51,820 bases of DNA from Octopus bimaculoides (taxonomy: Eukaryota), in NCBI RefSeq assembly GCF_001194135.2, contig NC_068981.1, forward strand, positions 65,131,373 through 65,183,192. The letters are read 5' to 3'. Below are positions 13,420-25,603 of the stretch, in pieces. Every line of letters starts with the position of its first letter. The first letter of the stretch is position 1. The position numbers were made by a program, and so were the translations under genes. The notes beneath the pieces were generated by a model, which had not been told where the DNA came from, searched no databases, and worked only from the letters and a program-made list of their open reading frames with translations.

Positions 13420-13640
13420 AGGGCTCAAGCAGTGGTATGAGTGCTGGTGTCACATAAAAGGCACTGGTAATGGTGCCACGTAAAAAGCACCCAGTAAACT
13501 CTGTGGTTGGCATTAGGAAGGGCATCTTGCTGTAGAAACCAAACCAAAATGGATTATGGAATCTGGTGTGGTCCCTAGCCTTGCCAGTTTCTGACAAGCC
13601 ATCCAACCCATGCCAGCATGGAAAACAGATATTAAATGTT
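13420..13640 (+). mobile_element. SINE-like family C copy, opposite orientation to the 9866 and 14440 copies
   Basis: gtgccacgtaaaaagcacccag...ttggcattaggaagggcatc...ccaacccatgccagcatggaaaacaga.attaaatg. Confidence 0.78.
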
Positions 13641-13649
13641 GATGGACTC

Positions 13650-13940
13650 ACATCCTCTGTATGTATCCCATACCTGTGCCAGTGCTTGATTCTCTATTGC
13701 ATACCAACATTAGACATCCAACAGAGAATGTTTCATTCATTTCTATCCAGCTTTCACAAATTCTTCACATTCAAAGCCCATGTCTCATTACTATGTGACA
13801 TTGCACTTCACACTCAAGCATCATATAATTTGCCTTTCATTCAAAAAGAGAAATCTTTTATTGACATCAGAGGTAATAGTTCACTGAACTTTTTCACCCA
13901 CTTCTTACTTTGGGGGCTATGGTTTAAGAACACCCAGCCC
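13650..13940 (-). mobile_element. RTE-clade LINE fragment
   Basis: Minus-strand KKFSELLPL..KGKLYDA....SNETWALNV, typical of the post-RT region of RTE elements. Confidence 0.75.
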
Positions 13941-14439
13941 CATTATTAATTAGATGTGAATAATGCTTGACCTGGTGGATGAGGGCAATGCTAGGCAGAC
14001 TGGCTTGAAAGGTACCCTTGAGTCAGTGATAGTTTGTTGCAATTTCATCACCTGATACCTCTTGTTTAGTTTAATATTTGTTGCAGAGGATGGTCCTGAA
14101 ACCAAAGTGCATGGATCAAACCCTGACCAATTAAGCTTCACTGAAAACAGACACTACATTACTGGTATTTTGTCCTGAAATTTCCTTCAAGAATGAGAAA
14201 TTGAAAGACTTATACATGGGAAACAGACCATTCCAATACACATGCATGTGCTACAAGCATAGCTGTTAACAAGTTCACATTGTAGTCACATGTTTCTAGG
14301 GTCAATCCACTATGCAATACCTTCAGCAGATATTTTCTACCAAAGTCCTAAGGTTGTTTTGAATGAAATTTGGTAGCTGGAAACTTATATATACTTATGT
14401 ATTCATATGCATATATCATCATCATTTTACATTTATTTT

Positions 14440-14760
14440 TCTGTCGTCGTCGTTTAACGTCTGCTTTCCATGTTAGCATGGGTTGGACGATTTGACTGAG
14501 GACTGGTGAAACCAGATGGCTACACCAGGCTCCAATCTGATTTGGCAGAGTTTCTACAGCTGGATGCTCTTCCTAACGCCAACCACTCAGAGAGTGTAGT
14601 GGGTGCTTTTACGTGTCACCCGCACGAAGGCCAGTCCAGGGGAACCAGCAACGATCTCGCTCGAAAATCCTACAACGGCCCCGCACAAGAGCCAGTCCAG
14701 GGGCACTGGCAACGGTCTCGCTCGAAAAATTTCTTGTGTCACCCGCACAAGAGCCGGGTC
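14440..14760 (-). mobile_element. Young family C copy with an internal 61-62 bp tandem repeat (about 2.3 units, 14619-14760)
   Basis: CpG-rich; units cccgcac.a..gccagtccagggg....gcaacg.tctcgctcgaaaa start at 14619, 14680 and 14742; explains the overlapping ORFs at 14506-14964. Confidence 0.8.
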
Positions 14761-15720
14761 TTCTTCTGTACAGTGTTTCACTATCTGCTGCAATCTTTTG
14801 TCACCTCTTTCATGAGGTTCAGCCTCCTCAGATTATTTTTTACTAATTCTTCCTATGCTTTCATTGGTTGCTGCTGCATTCAGTCTGGTGTAGTGGGTTC
14901 ATTGTTAACACAGGGGAAAAGTATGTTACCGTGCTACCTGAAACAATCCAGCATGCTATCGTAACATCAGCTGCTTGGCACCTCCGAAGAGTGATCTTGT
15001 AGAAAGATACTGTAATCATGATCACTAGTCAATATCTGATGAAGAGTCTCTCATAGTGCAAGCTGTATGTACAAAACAAATGAACATGTGTGTGTGTGTG
15101 ATCATTTGGCATCCATCTTCCTTGTTGGTATAGATTTCACAGGATCCTGTGAGGTAGAAAACTGCATCCAGCTCCAGTGTCTGTTTTGGCATGGCTTCTA
15201 TCATTGGTTGCCCTTCCTAGAAATCCTGCCAAAACAGCATTGGAATTCGATGTAGTCCTCCATATGTGTGTATCGTTATCATCTCTAGCACAATCTCATC
15301 CTTTATTGCTGTTCTTTATCACCTTCTTGGTGAAATTCAACCTCTTGAGGTCATGTTTCACCACTACCTCCCATTTCTTTGTTATACATCACATCTGCAC
15401 CAGCTCAGTCGTATCTTTAGCACACTTCTGATTGCTCTTACACTTATCTTTTCTCTCAGCTCGTCTGTGTCCCATCATTTATGAATACCAACATTATACA
15501 TCTAGTGGAGTCAGCCCAGCTCATTTGTGTGCAGCCTTTGCACATCCTCCACATTCAATACCAATATTTCACTACTATGCATTATTGTACATTGTACGCA
15601 AGCATCATGCAATCTGCCTCTTGGTCCAAGTGAGAATCCTTTTGGAACACACTCCTCCACTGTTAATTTAGTGATCTGTATTCACAGAATCTATCAAATA
15701 ATTACAGGGAGGCTGTTATG
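14760..15720 (-). mobile_element. Degraded RTE-clade LINE fragments
   Basis: Minus-strand KGFSLGPRGRLHDACV..SSEILVLNVEDVQRL and ELVKNNLRRLNLMKEVTKD; many stops. Confidence 0.65.
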
Positions 15721-16255
15721 TATTTGAAAGAATTATTTTATGGAGACTTCTACTGCTAATCTCATCAGCTGCATATGAAGTCCTTTTTCTATCACCCTGC
15801 CTATGATCCTTTGTGTTCATATCCTTAATTGCTCATTCAACTGTACAGCTGCTGGATTCAATTGCTGATCACTTTGGGGTGGGGTCTATTTTGTGTAGTC
15901 TCTTGTATTCCTACAGTACTCATTTAACAACCCCTCAACATTTCCGTGCCTTCACTATTGATATAATGTATATGTATCAGCTGTCGATGACTGAAAAAGC
16001 AATGTATCAAGAAAAAAAAACTACTCTCTTGTAGTATTCAGTCCAAGTTACAGGTCTTTACATCATAGTGAGTTTAATAGAAATCAATAAAGTATGTATC
16101 AAAGTACTGTGGTTGATATAATTGATAAAAAAAATCCTTTAAGATAGTATCCAAAAAATACATACTTCATGCATCAACACACTTTGGAAGGTCACAAAAA
16201 ATGACTTGATATTCAGTTAAACATGTAGTTTAAAGAGCTGGTGATCTCCATTATA

Positions 16256-16382
16256 CAGGGTGTCCACAAAGTCTGAGTACATGGAGTAAATAAAATAGTA
16301 ACATAAACAATTAAATATAAGAAATAATAATTTCTTAAAGTATGTATTAATCCCCATGTACCCAGATTTTGTGAACACCCTG
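16256..16382. mobile_element. 127-bp Tc1/mariner-type MITE
   Basis: 29-bp TIRs cagggtgtccacaaagtctgagtacatgg / cagggtgttcacaaaatctgggtacatgg (3 mismatches); TA on the left flank. Confidence 0.8.
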
Positions 16383-17227
16383 TTTAATGGTTAACAACTC
16401 TTGAGCAATAGAAGAGGTGTGGCCCAAATTGTTGCCAATTATTATCACATAATTTGTTTCATATTGTGCCTGTGTAATTATATTAAATCAATTAATATTT
16501 ATTTATATTTCAAGTATTATGTATCAGACAGAACAACAGAAAACCGTAGTGACTCATAAACCCTAGTTTCAGCTACAGAATTTTGCATGAACTCTTAAAA
16601 TGTTTCAAAATTGGCTACTAACTCAACTTTTCATCCTTTTGTTATTGATAAATTAGAAACTAGGCATTATTTGTGTCAATGTACATTAACTGTATCCCTT
16701 CTCTACAAAGGCACTGCCTTGTGCTTAAGGAAAAAAAATCAGCATATACATATAATAACTTACTTGTACACTGAATGCAATATTTAGCTTCAGAATCAAT
16801 TACATTAAATAAACGAGAAATAGATTTTCTCCTGGTTAAGATGCTAGTTTAAGATAAATGCTATACATTTATCTCAAACTTATGTGTTGTTATATAGTTT
16901 CCTTATGCTAAGACATATAAGCTTTTTTAGTTGTTGCAATAAATTTTAAGTCAAACCACATTATGCATTCAGTTATTCTATTCTCCCTCTTTGTTCTCAT
17001 CTTATGTGTGCATATGGCTTGTGTGTGCATACATACTCATGCATATTACTATTAGGATATCATTTTTTATAAACTGTTCTGTGCATGACGAGTTCATGTG
17101 TTTCTTCTGGTATAGTTATTTTCTGCACTAAGTGATTTCTTTTTAATGATATTCTCAATTGATTTTATTGCACATAGTTGTGACAAAAATATCTGTGCTC
17201 ACTATTGTGAAACTATATATATATATT

Positions 17228-17398
17228 GATAGAAAAGGTAAGACAACAAAAGCAAGAAAGAGACCTCGATATTATGTAAATAGAGGAATTTATCTGTAAA
17301 TAATGTGACAATTATTCGGTAACCATGATAAAACTCTGAGTTTCAGATGTCGGGGCAGAAACCCACACCGCCATCTCTTTAGTTATCTGGCCGTTGAA
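17228..17398 (-). mobile_element. Penelope-like terminal repeat fragment (second copy at about 3508-3612)
   Basis: Two similar copies (tctgtaaata..gtgacaattattcggta.cat.ataaaactc.gagtttc.gatgt.ggggc.gaaaccca), both next to (TA)n; minus strand resembles the gaagatg...ccgaaac pLTR signature; family call is an inference. Confidence 0.5.
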
Positions 17399-17412
17399 AA
17401 AAATGCTATTAA

Positions 17413-17475
17413 TGTATTAATATATTCTCATTCTTTTACTCATTTGAGTACACACACACAATATATATATAATAT

Positions 17476-17509
<34 letters not shown>

Positions 17510-17543
17510 CAAATGAGTAAAAGAATGAGAATATATTAATACA
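17413..17543. repeat. Inverted repeat with microsatellite core
   Basis: tgtattaatatattctcattcttttactcatttgagtac(ac)n is mirrored exactly by (gt)n gtactcaaatgagtaaaagaatgagaatatattaataca. Confidence 0.92.
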
Positions 17544-17884
17544 ATCTTTTTGAAACTTGTAATTTTATGAAAATTTTCAAGAATAATGGACATGTCTTTT
17601 TTTTTTTAGCTTGAAGGTTTTATATATATATTTCACTTAGTCATAGTGATACTGATAACCTGGTGTCAGAATTCAATATACATCTGCTTCAGAATAAAGC
17701 TTTAGCCAAGTATAGAGTGTAATATGAAATTAAGCAGATGACAAAGTAACAGGGAATTATTCAATGAAGGAATGACAAAAGAATAGGGTTTACATATTCA
17801 CCTTTATTAGCTTATAACTGTATCTGCCATAAGAAGCAATGCACTCAGAGCTGAGTACTTCCTCACACTTCTACCCATGTTTTC

Positions 17885-18190
17885 TTTGATCTTCCACTTC
17901 CAGAGTTTTCTTCCATTTTACATCCTGGCACTTCTTTACTCATTTGTTATCCTTCATGATCATCACATGTCCACACAACCCAGTCTTCAGTCTTGCACAC
18001 TATAGCTGATCTTTCTTATACCTAGTTTCTCTCAGCTCATTTGTACCATGTCATTCATGTGTTCTAACATTATACATCAACTGGAGCAAGCCTGCTTTAT
18101 TTCTCTCCAACTTTTACACATCCTCTACATTCAGTGCCCACCTCACTACTTTGCAGTGTCACACTTCATTCACAACCATCTTACAATTAC
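17885..18190 (-). mobile_element. Degraded RTE-clade LINE fragment
   Basis: Nucleotide similarity by eye to 15350-15600 (ctctcagctc, aacattatacatc, cacatcctc.acattca). Confidence 0.6.
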
Positions 18191-18323
18191 ACTAGAGATG
18201 ACAACACAACAAACTGAGATGCTGTGTTGGAAAGGATTCATCCAACCCACATAGGCATGGGAAAGGGGATAATGATACTGTGTATAAAGAACAGCTTTTC
18301 TTTCAAGCCTATTATATTAAACA

Positions 18324-18565
18324 ATGAATTGCTTTAAGATCAACCCCAACACCTGGGAAATGCCAGCACAGGACTGTCCTGCCTGGAAAAGCTACACCAA
18401 CAGAAGTGCCACCTCCTACGAACAGAACAGGATTGTAGGAGCACAAAGAAAACCTGAATTGTGCAAGTCCAGAACCAACTCCTTGCCTTCAGTCCCAGCA
18501 GGCCACCAGTGCCCAACCTGCTGCAGAGCCTTCCAAGCATGCAGAAGACTGATCAGTCACTTAAG
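18324..18565 (+). mobile_element. C-terminal fragment of a BovB/RTE-type LINE ORF with a terminal zinc-finger-like motif
   Basis: ORF 18324: INPNTWE..AQD.PAW...YEQNRI....CPTCCRAFQACRRLISHL. Confidence 0.7.
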
Positions 18566-19235
18566 TCTCTTATGTTTAGTTAAGGACACTGGATTTAGAA
18601 ATGCTATTGTTCCTAACTAAACATAAAGGACTAATAAGAAAGAATGAGAAATCCTTAGTAAAAAAAAATTTCTAATTTGAACAGTCATGTCTTTTATATA
18701 ACATACATAACAGCTATGACTGTGGTTGAGAAGTTTGCTTCCCAATCAACTGGTTTTGAGTTCAGTCCCAACACGTGTCTACTTGTAAATCTTTAAATCA
18801 TTTCAGCTTTAAAGCTGCGGTCAAGCTAGGGCACCACCATAAAAAGGAAAATAGCTAACAATTTTCCACTAATTATTGTAAAAATCTGTAAATGACATCA
18901 GTAGCTGAATTCTAATTTTATGTATGTAAATGGGTGTGAGATAAATCTCCCCCTCCATCACCCTGATATCATTGGTTACATAAAATGTGATAGTGTGGAA
19001 TTATGTATACTACACAAATACTCAAGTGAAATGCCCATTGTAAACCTTTTTGCTGGCTGACTAGTCATTCAATATCTATTACAAAAGGTACTCATACCAC
19101 AACTACCCTATATAATTTTCAAGCTTTGAGGTAGCTTAAGAAATTGTTTTCATAACATATAGTCATGTTCTTTTATTGTTTCAGAAATCTTTAGCATAGC
19201 TGAAATTCTTTATAACAAGTTATTAATTTATTTCA

Positions 19236-19247
19236 TCTCTTTCTCTT

Positions 19248-19337
<90 letters not shown>
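19236..19337. repeat. (CT)n microsatellite
   Basis: Direct reading. Confidence 0.97.
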
Positions 19338-19339
<2 letters not shown>

Positions 19340-19540
19340 CACCACCCACTCTCTCACTTTCCAAATAACAAAGAAATCCATATTTACTTTAGCATGTGCT
19401 GACAAGAATATACTTACTAAATTGAAAGATCACATCAATAGCACTGACAATAAATATACACACTCATATGTGTGTGTGTGTATTTTATTGCTACTCTCCT
19501 AATTGTTTTTTAAATCTTTTAAACATTTTTTACTTGACAG

Positions 19541-19636
19541 GGTTACCTTAAGGCACTAGGCTTAAAACGTACTGCTGAAGTCAAAAGGGATGCCAGAATT
19601 GGTGAGGCTGAAGCTAAAAGAGATGCTGGAATACGA
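19541..19636 (+). CDS. FLOT1: Flotillin-1 exon: [32 protein letters not shown]
   Basis: gacag| acceptor, |gtgagt donor, 96 nt, phase 0/0; conserved [16 protein letters not shown]. Confidence 0.97.
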
Positions 19637-21878
19637 GTGAGTTTTTCCATATCTTTTTCTTTTTTTTTTAGTGTATATATATATATATATAAATATATAT
19701 ATNNNNNNNNNNNNNNNNNNNNNNNNNNNNNNNNNNNNNNNNNNNNNNNNNNNNNNNNNNNNNNNNNNNNNNNNNNNNNNNNNNNNNNNNNNNNNNNNNN
19801 NNTATATATATATAAATATATATGTGTTTTTTCGGTTTCAATTTCTTACAAAATCAGTCCTAAATTTATAGCAATCAAAAGAAGATTAAGTCTATTTTCA
19901 TAGACTTAAGATTTTTTAAGGTGGTGGGCCTGGTATTTTTTTGTTGTGAGACAGTCAATCTGCTAGTTATATGCATTCTGTATTGCCTTTGTAAGATCAG
20001 CCACCTACAACTCATCTTTTACCTTTTATTTTTTTTACTTTTGTTGTTGTCATTGCTGCTATTGTTTACCCCCAGGCCAACCTATTCGACCACACTTCCA
20101 CCATGACTACCCTGTTTTTCTTCATAGTGCATCGAGAACTACTTCAGCACTCAAGTGTATGGTTAAAAAACAATGGTGGAATGTGAATGTATGAAATGAG
20201 CTACAATGATGGAATGATCTAAAATGAGTCTAATTGGGGCCAAGAAAGGAACTTCTATGTAGTCTACTGACTCATTTTGGCTCAGATTCCTTAAACTTCC
20301 TGTCATCATCAAATTTAATTTCTAATTTCTCAATTTAGGACATAAAATTTGTTGTAAATGATGAAATGGTCTTAAATTAAAATGCTAATTGAATCATTCT
20401 TATTTATTGGCATTAGGAAGGGCATCCAGCCATAGAAACCATGTCAAATCTGACTGGAACTTGGTGCAGCTCTCCAGCTTACCAATTCCAGTCAAACCAT
20501 CTAAGCCATGCCACTATGGAAAGATGCCAGATGATGATAATTTAAATAACTCCTTGACATCAGTCTATTCAGAGCTGGCTGCAGATCTTCAGTAAACCCT
20601 ACAGAAAAATGATTGCTTTTAAGTGCCTTGTTAAAGCTACATTTAAAACTGGCTGCTGTGTAACATATGGATGTAGTGTCTCCTGTTTTGATTGTTTGTG
20701 ATGTAGAAGTTCAGAATAATAGTGTAACTGATATTAAACAATATTTTAACCATTGTTTATTTTGAAGTGATTAATTTTAAATGAAAGGGCCTTCCTGCTA
20801 TCTTGGATTATAAGCAATTACATTCTCCATCAAATGAAATATTGCCACGTAATAACCCTAGTGTTGGTGGCAGTTATTCTTTGGCTGCCAGATCTACCCT
20901 GATACTCAGCTACCTATCACCAAAGATATTCCAGTTGTGATCATTACATAGGGCAACGAATCCTTGAATTGGTAGAGCATCAGTAAAATAACATGGTATG
21001 AATACCACATGTTATTTTTCTGATGCTCTTATATTTTTTGAGTTCAAATCCAACCCAAGTCAGCTTTTCCAAAGTTGATAAAATAAGTTACAGTCAAGTT
21101 CTCAAAGTGGAGGTCAATATAATTAACTAAACCAGTGATTCCATAACTTATTTTGTTGAGGGACATTTATCTAATTTTCCAAAATCTTGTAACTAGTACC
21201 TCTGTACATATTTTACAAACAACTCCTCGCTTTGCTAATTATGAATAAGACTTTAAATGAAACAAAATTGTTTTAGGGAATTTATTCACATAAACCAGAG
21301 TTCACATTTTTATATACATATTATAAGGTATACACATTGTACTTTTAATCTGATGTTGTTTCAATACAGTAAATGTATTGTATACTGATTTCTATATAAA
21401 AGAAAAAGTTCCAACTTAGCTTACTATAGCTGAAACACCAATGTCTAACAGCTCACTAATGTCATTCTGAGTAAGGTAATTTTTTTAAAACAATCTCTAA
21501 AGGAGAAATTTCTCTGAGACAAAATCCTCCCTCTAGCACTGTTCCACATTTATGTATACATTAGGATATACACATCATTATAATAATCTATTTTGAAAAT
21601 GATGAATCTTTTTTTTTTTAATAAAAAGACATGATGTTATCTCAAGAAACCCCAAAATTGTTTGATGGAATCTCCTTTGGGAATCACACTATATTAAACC
21701 CTTGAAGGTGGTGTCCCAGCAGTCATAATCCAGTGACTGAAACTCTCTTTCCTTTGACTATATTATCCAGTATACACTTAATCTTTCCCCACTATCCGTA
21801 ATTTATAAAAAAAATTTTTAATATTTTTGCTCTACTTCAACACATTCCATAATTATTTTTCAATGAATGTTTTTACAG

Positions 21879-22031
21879 GAAGCCAAAGCTGATGAACAAA
21901 AGATGGCTGCTCGTTATGCCAATGATATTGAAATTTCCAAAGCTCAGAGAGATTTTGAATTGAAGAAAGCCGCTTATGATCAAGAAGTAAACTCTAAGAA
22001 AGCTATGTCCGATATGGCTTACGATCTTCAA
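21879..22031 (+). CDS. FLOT1: Flotillin-1 exon: [51 protein letters not shown]
   Basis: tttacag| acceptor, |gtaagt donor, 153 nt, phase 0/0; [14 protein letters not shown] motif. Confidence 0.97.
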
Positions 22032-23184
22032 GTAAGTTTCTTTTTCCCATTCAATGTTATGGTTTGTTGCTCATCAGATATTTCTGAGTTATGCTAGTTT
22101 AAATTTACATAGGTATCTCACAGTTGTTATTGAAAACAATAGTAAGAAAATCTTTTGACTAAGAACAAACAATTCTATTTCATAATGACTTGTAAGAAAA
22201 ATTTTTTCATGAAATCCAATCACATGATCTATGAAAGACTTCTATTTAGTCATGTACTGAGGTACTAAATTAGTCTCAGGATCAATTATGAACTAAGTAA
22301 AGAGCTTTTCATGACAAGTAAGTGATTATGCAAAGCTCTACTTTCAGCTATTGTCTCTTCACATCCATCTTTGAGGAAATAATCTTAAGAAATCGGGTCT
22401 GAATGAATATGGAAATTTGTTACAGATAACATAAAAGAATTTCAGACTAAAGAAAAGAGGGTTGGAACTTGTACAAGATAGGTAGACTGAAAACATGAAG
22501 CTAATCATAGTCAAAATAACCCACGCCAGCATGGAAAACAGACATTAAGTGATGATAATGTGTCATCATTATTATCATTTTACATTGGTTTTTCCATGTA
22601 TATATGGGTTGAATGTGTTTTTTTTTTCCAACAGTCTCACCACTTGTTACAGTCTGTCATATCTCTCATGGTGTTCATCCAACCTTATTGTAAGAGACAC
22701 TTGCCTAAAATGTCACATTGGAATTGAATCTGGTATCCCCATGATTGTGAAGCAAACAGCTTAACCCAATTTGGTCAGGGTTGCATCCACATATGTGGAT
22801 GTGTGTGTGTACTCATTAAATGATGAAGCTGCAAAGAATTAAGAACTAAAGATCGTGTACTAAAGATTTATATTTCGGTATTATGTACAGTATAATGGCT
22901 GTAAGAGTAAGGTTTTCAGTTAATGACTAAATGGTTGTGGCTTTGAAAACATAATTAAATGTATTGTGTTGTGTACCTAGGTAGGTGCTTCAGTCTGTAG
23001 TCAACCTGACTGATAGTTTCCAGTCCTAATTTTGGAATTATACTGTTAACAGTTAAAATTTCATCTAACTGTAAAATCAGTTACTCCAACAAACAAAGAA
23101 ACAAAGATTACTGTACATAGTGTATGTTAGCATGAATTGAGTGGATTGAATGTTGAAGTGAAACTCTGTTATATTTCATTGTAG

Positions 23185-23366
23185 GCTGCTAAGACTAAAC
23201 AAAAAATCAAAGAAGAAGACATGCAAGTTGTAGTGGTTGAAAGGACTCAACAAATTGCTGTTCAAGAGCAGGAAATTATTCGCCGAGAACGAGAACTTGA
23301 CAGTCAAGTCCGAAAACCTGCTGAAGCTGAGAAATATAGGTTGGAGAAGATAGCAGAAGCTAATAG
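23185..23366 (+). CDS. FLOT1: Flotillin-1 exon (coiled-coil flotillin domain): [60 protein letters not shown] plus split codon
   Basis: gtag| acceptor, |gtgaga donor, 182 nt, phase 0/2; KPAEAE.Y.LE.IAEA motif. Confidence 0.97.
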
Positions 23367-24669
23367 GTGAGAAAACTATAACAAATGTATAGTTCACATG
23401 GTAAACTTTAAACTAAACAGCCTGATGAGAAATTAATATTTCACATATGGTAAAATAGGTTGTTTTAACATGATCAACATAGCTTGGTAAGCAGCATAAC
23501 TTGGCAGAGATGGTAAGTTCCTGACAAAGCCAAGATTTCAATCCTGTGCTCAATTTTTTGGTCTTAGCTATTTTACTTAATTCTGCTGATGGCCTTTTGG
23601 GTGACATGGAACACTGCAACTTCCACTTATTTCAGCTTAAAACTAGGAGGGCTAATCGCTCATTAACAGATAGCTCTGTTCATGGTGACTAGGTAATTGA
23701 CTCTATCAGTAGTATCCATCAATGTTTAATTATCTGTATTGACTTGAGCAGAAGAGAAATGGAGGCTTACAGTATTCACCTTAAGCTAGAGCCTCACAGC
23801 AGTTATTTCTCTCTGCCTCTGACATTAAATAAACCTGCAATAAGCTGCTGTTTCCCACCAGATGTCTGTCCCTGAACTGCTTAGTACTGTCAAAGATAAG
23901 GTAAGCTTCACCACTTTTTAGCCTACTCTCAGAAAAAGACAATGTGCACAGTATGCTGTAAACAATATGTATATAAGCTCAACTTAAACCTCAAAACAAC
24001 CTTTACTGAAAGACTTGGTATGTTTATGGACACAACAAAGATGTCTGTATGTTGCGAGGTGTGATATGTAATTAAAATTATGTTGCTATTTATCAAAGCC
24101 TCATCATTTTCTATGTTACTGAATGTTTGCAATAAAGTACTTGAGCATTGCAAGTTCAAGTTTCTTCATATTCTCTCTTTAGATCCAGTTCCAGCCACAA
24201 ATAGACATATGATTGTAAATGAGTGTTATCATCATACAAGTAAGGTTGTTAATTTCCAGTCTTTTGTGAAAAACATGACTAGCTATGAGGAAATATCACC
24301 TTTCTTGGAAACAGGTTAGGGTTGGCAACAGGAAGGGCATCTAACTATAGAAAATCTGCCTTAATGAATTCCATTTGATCCATGCATGCATGGAAAAGAG
24401 GATGCTAAATGATGATGACATCTTGTTTGAGCACATGATACTTTATAAAAAGTCTGTTCATTATGATGATACTGTGACAAAATGTGACTTAATTTAATTA
24501 CATTAAACCTTACAGCATGTGGCATTTCTTGTGTATCCAAATATATTTGGTCTCTCAGTCTTTCTTCTGTTCAAAGTAGTGTGCAGTTCTGTGAACAAAC
24601 TGAAGGCATATACATGTGGAGTGAATTGCTAAAAGGTTAAAGATTAATTAAATATATTTTGTTTCTTAG

Positions 24670-24715
24670 AAACCGGATTATTCTTGAAGCTGAAGCTAAT
24701 GCTGCTGCTAAGAAG
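24670..24715 (+). CDS. FLOT1: Flotillin-1 short exon: (R)NRIILEAEANAAAKK
   Basis: tcttag| acceptor, |gttggt donor, 46 nt, phase 2/0; exactly restores frame between the 23185 and 27299 exons; homologous to the I.EAEA segment. Confidence 0.92.
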
Positions 24716-25266
24716 GTTGGTACCAGTTCTCTATCAAAATAGTTTGTGTTTGTGTGTGTACTTTTGAGAGAGACTGTGTGTGTGTGCATGCATGTTCCTT
24801 GATGCATACATCTTTTTGGGGGGAATGCATCCATCTTTAGAGTGCTTGTATGCTCCATATGGCTGATTTACTGTATATTCAAAGGTCTTCATCATTATAA
24901 ACTGTGCCACTTTTCTTCTAATTCATTTAAATCTTTATTCATTGTTTGAATTAAATTTGTTCATATTTAATTATATATATATATATATATATGTCAGTAA
25001 ATAGTGGGGTTGTGTTAACCGCACGTGGAGAAATAATAGGAAAATGAAGAATAAGGCAGAATGCTAAATTGGAAGCATGTTTTAATAAAGATTTCTAACT
25101 GGCTTTCATTGCGAAGCAAATTTTCAAGAAGGAGAATGAAAATGTTTTTTACAAAGAAGTACAAAATGAAGAAAATAATATATAAAAAAAAATTTATATA
25201 AAAAAATAACTATACCAATACATTATATTGTCGTTGAGCTTTTGAAGTTCAATGGTAGTTCATGTA

Positions 25267-25603
25267 TATAATGGTTGGAAAAATAAGGATGCATGAGAAT
25301 TGAGAGTTGTGTTAGGTTTAAAAAAAGGGTTAAAAGTTTGTGTTAAGCAGGAAGTGTTGTGTCAAAACAGGAAGTGTGTGTAAGGGGAGACAAAATGTTT
25401 TTAGTTGGAGTTATGAACTCTTTTTCAACAGGAAGTTCCTGTTGAAAAAGAGTTCATAACTCCAACTAAAAACATTTTGTCTCCCCTTACACACACTTCC
25501 TGTTTTGACACAACACTTCCTGCTTAACACAAACTTTTAACCCTTTTTTTAAACCTAACACAACTCTCAATTCTCATGCATCCTTATTTTTCCAACCATT
25601 ATA
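25267..25603. repeat. Perfect palindrome, 168-bp arms with a 1-nt spacer (25435), ending at a gap
   Basis: Arms are reverse-complementary including homopolymer lengths; the right arm stops at the N-run. Confidence 0.95.

Noticed and set aside
14506-14964. 152-aa ORF and overlapping ORFs
   Set aside because: Made of a GC-rich SINE, its internal tandem repeat and antisense LINE sequence; no splice or homology support.
16035-16067. 33-nt splice-bounded in-frame segment (YSVQVTGLYII)
   Set aside because: Short pyrimidine tract, next to LINE debris, implausible hydrophobic insert; shows that chance exon-like segments are common here.
12237-19540. Looked for a microexon between DDE and GYL, where I recall a 4-residue insertion in a Drosophila Flo-1 isoform
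   Set aside because: No 12-nt AG/GT-bounded candidate with similar residues was found, and the recollection itself is unverified.
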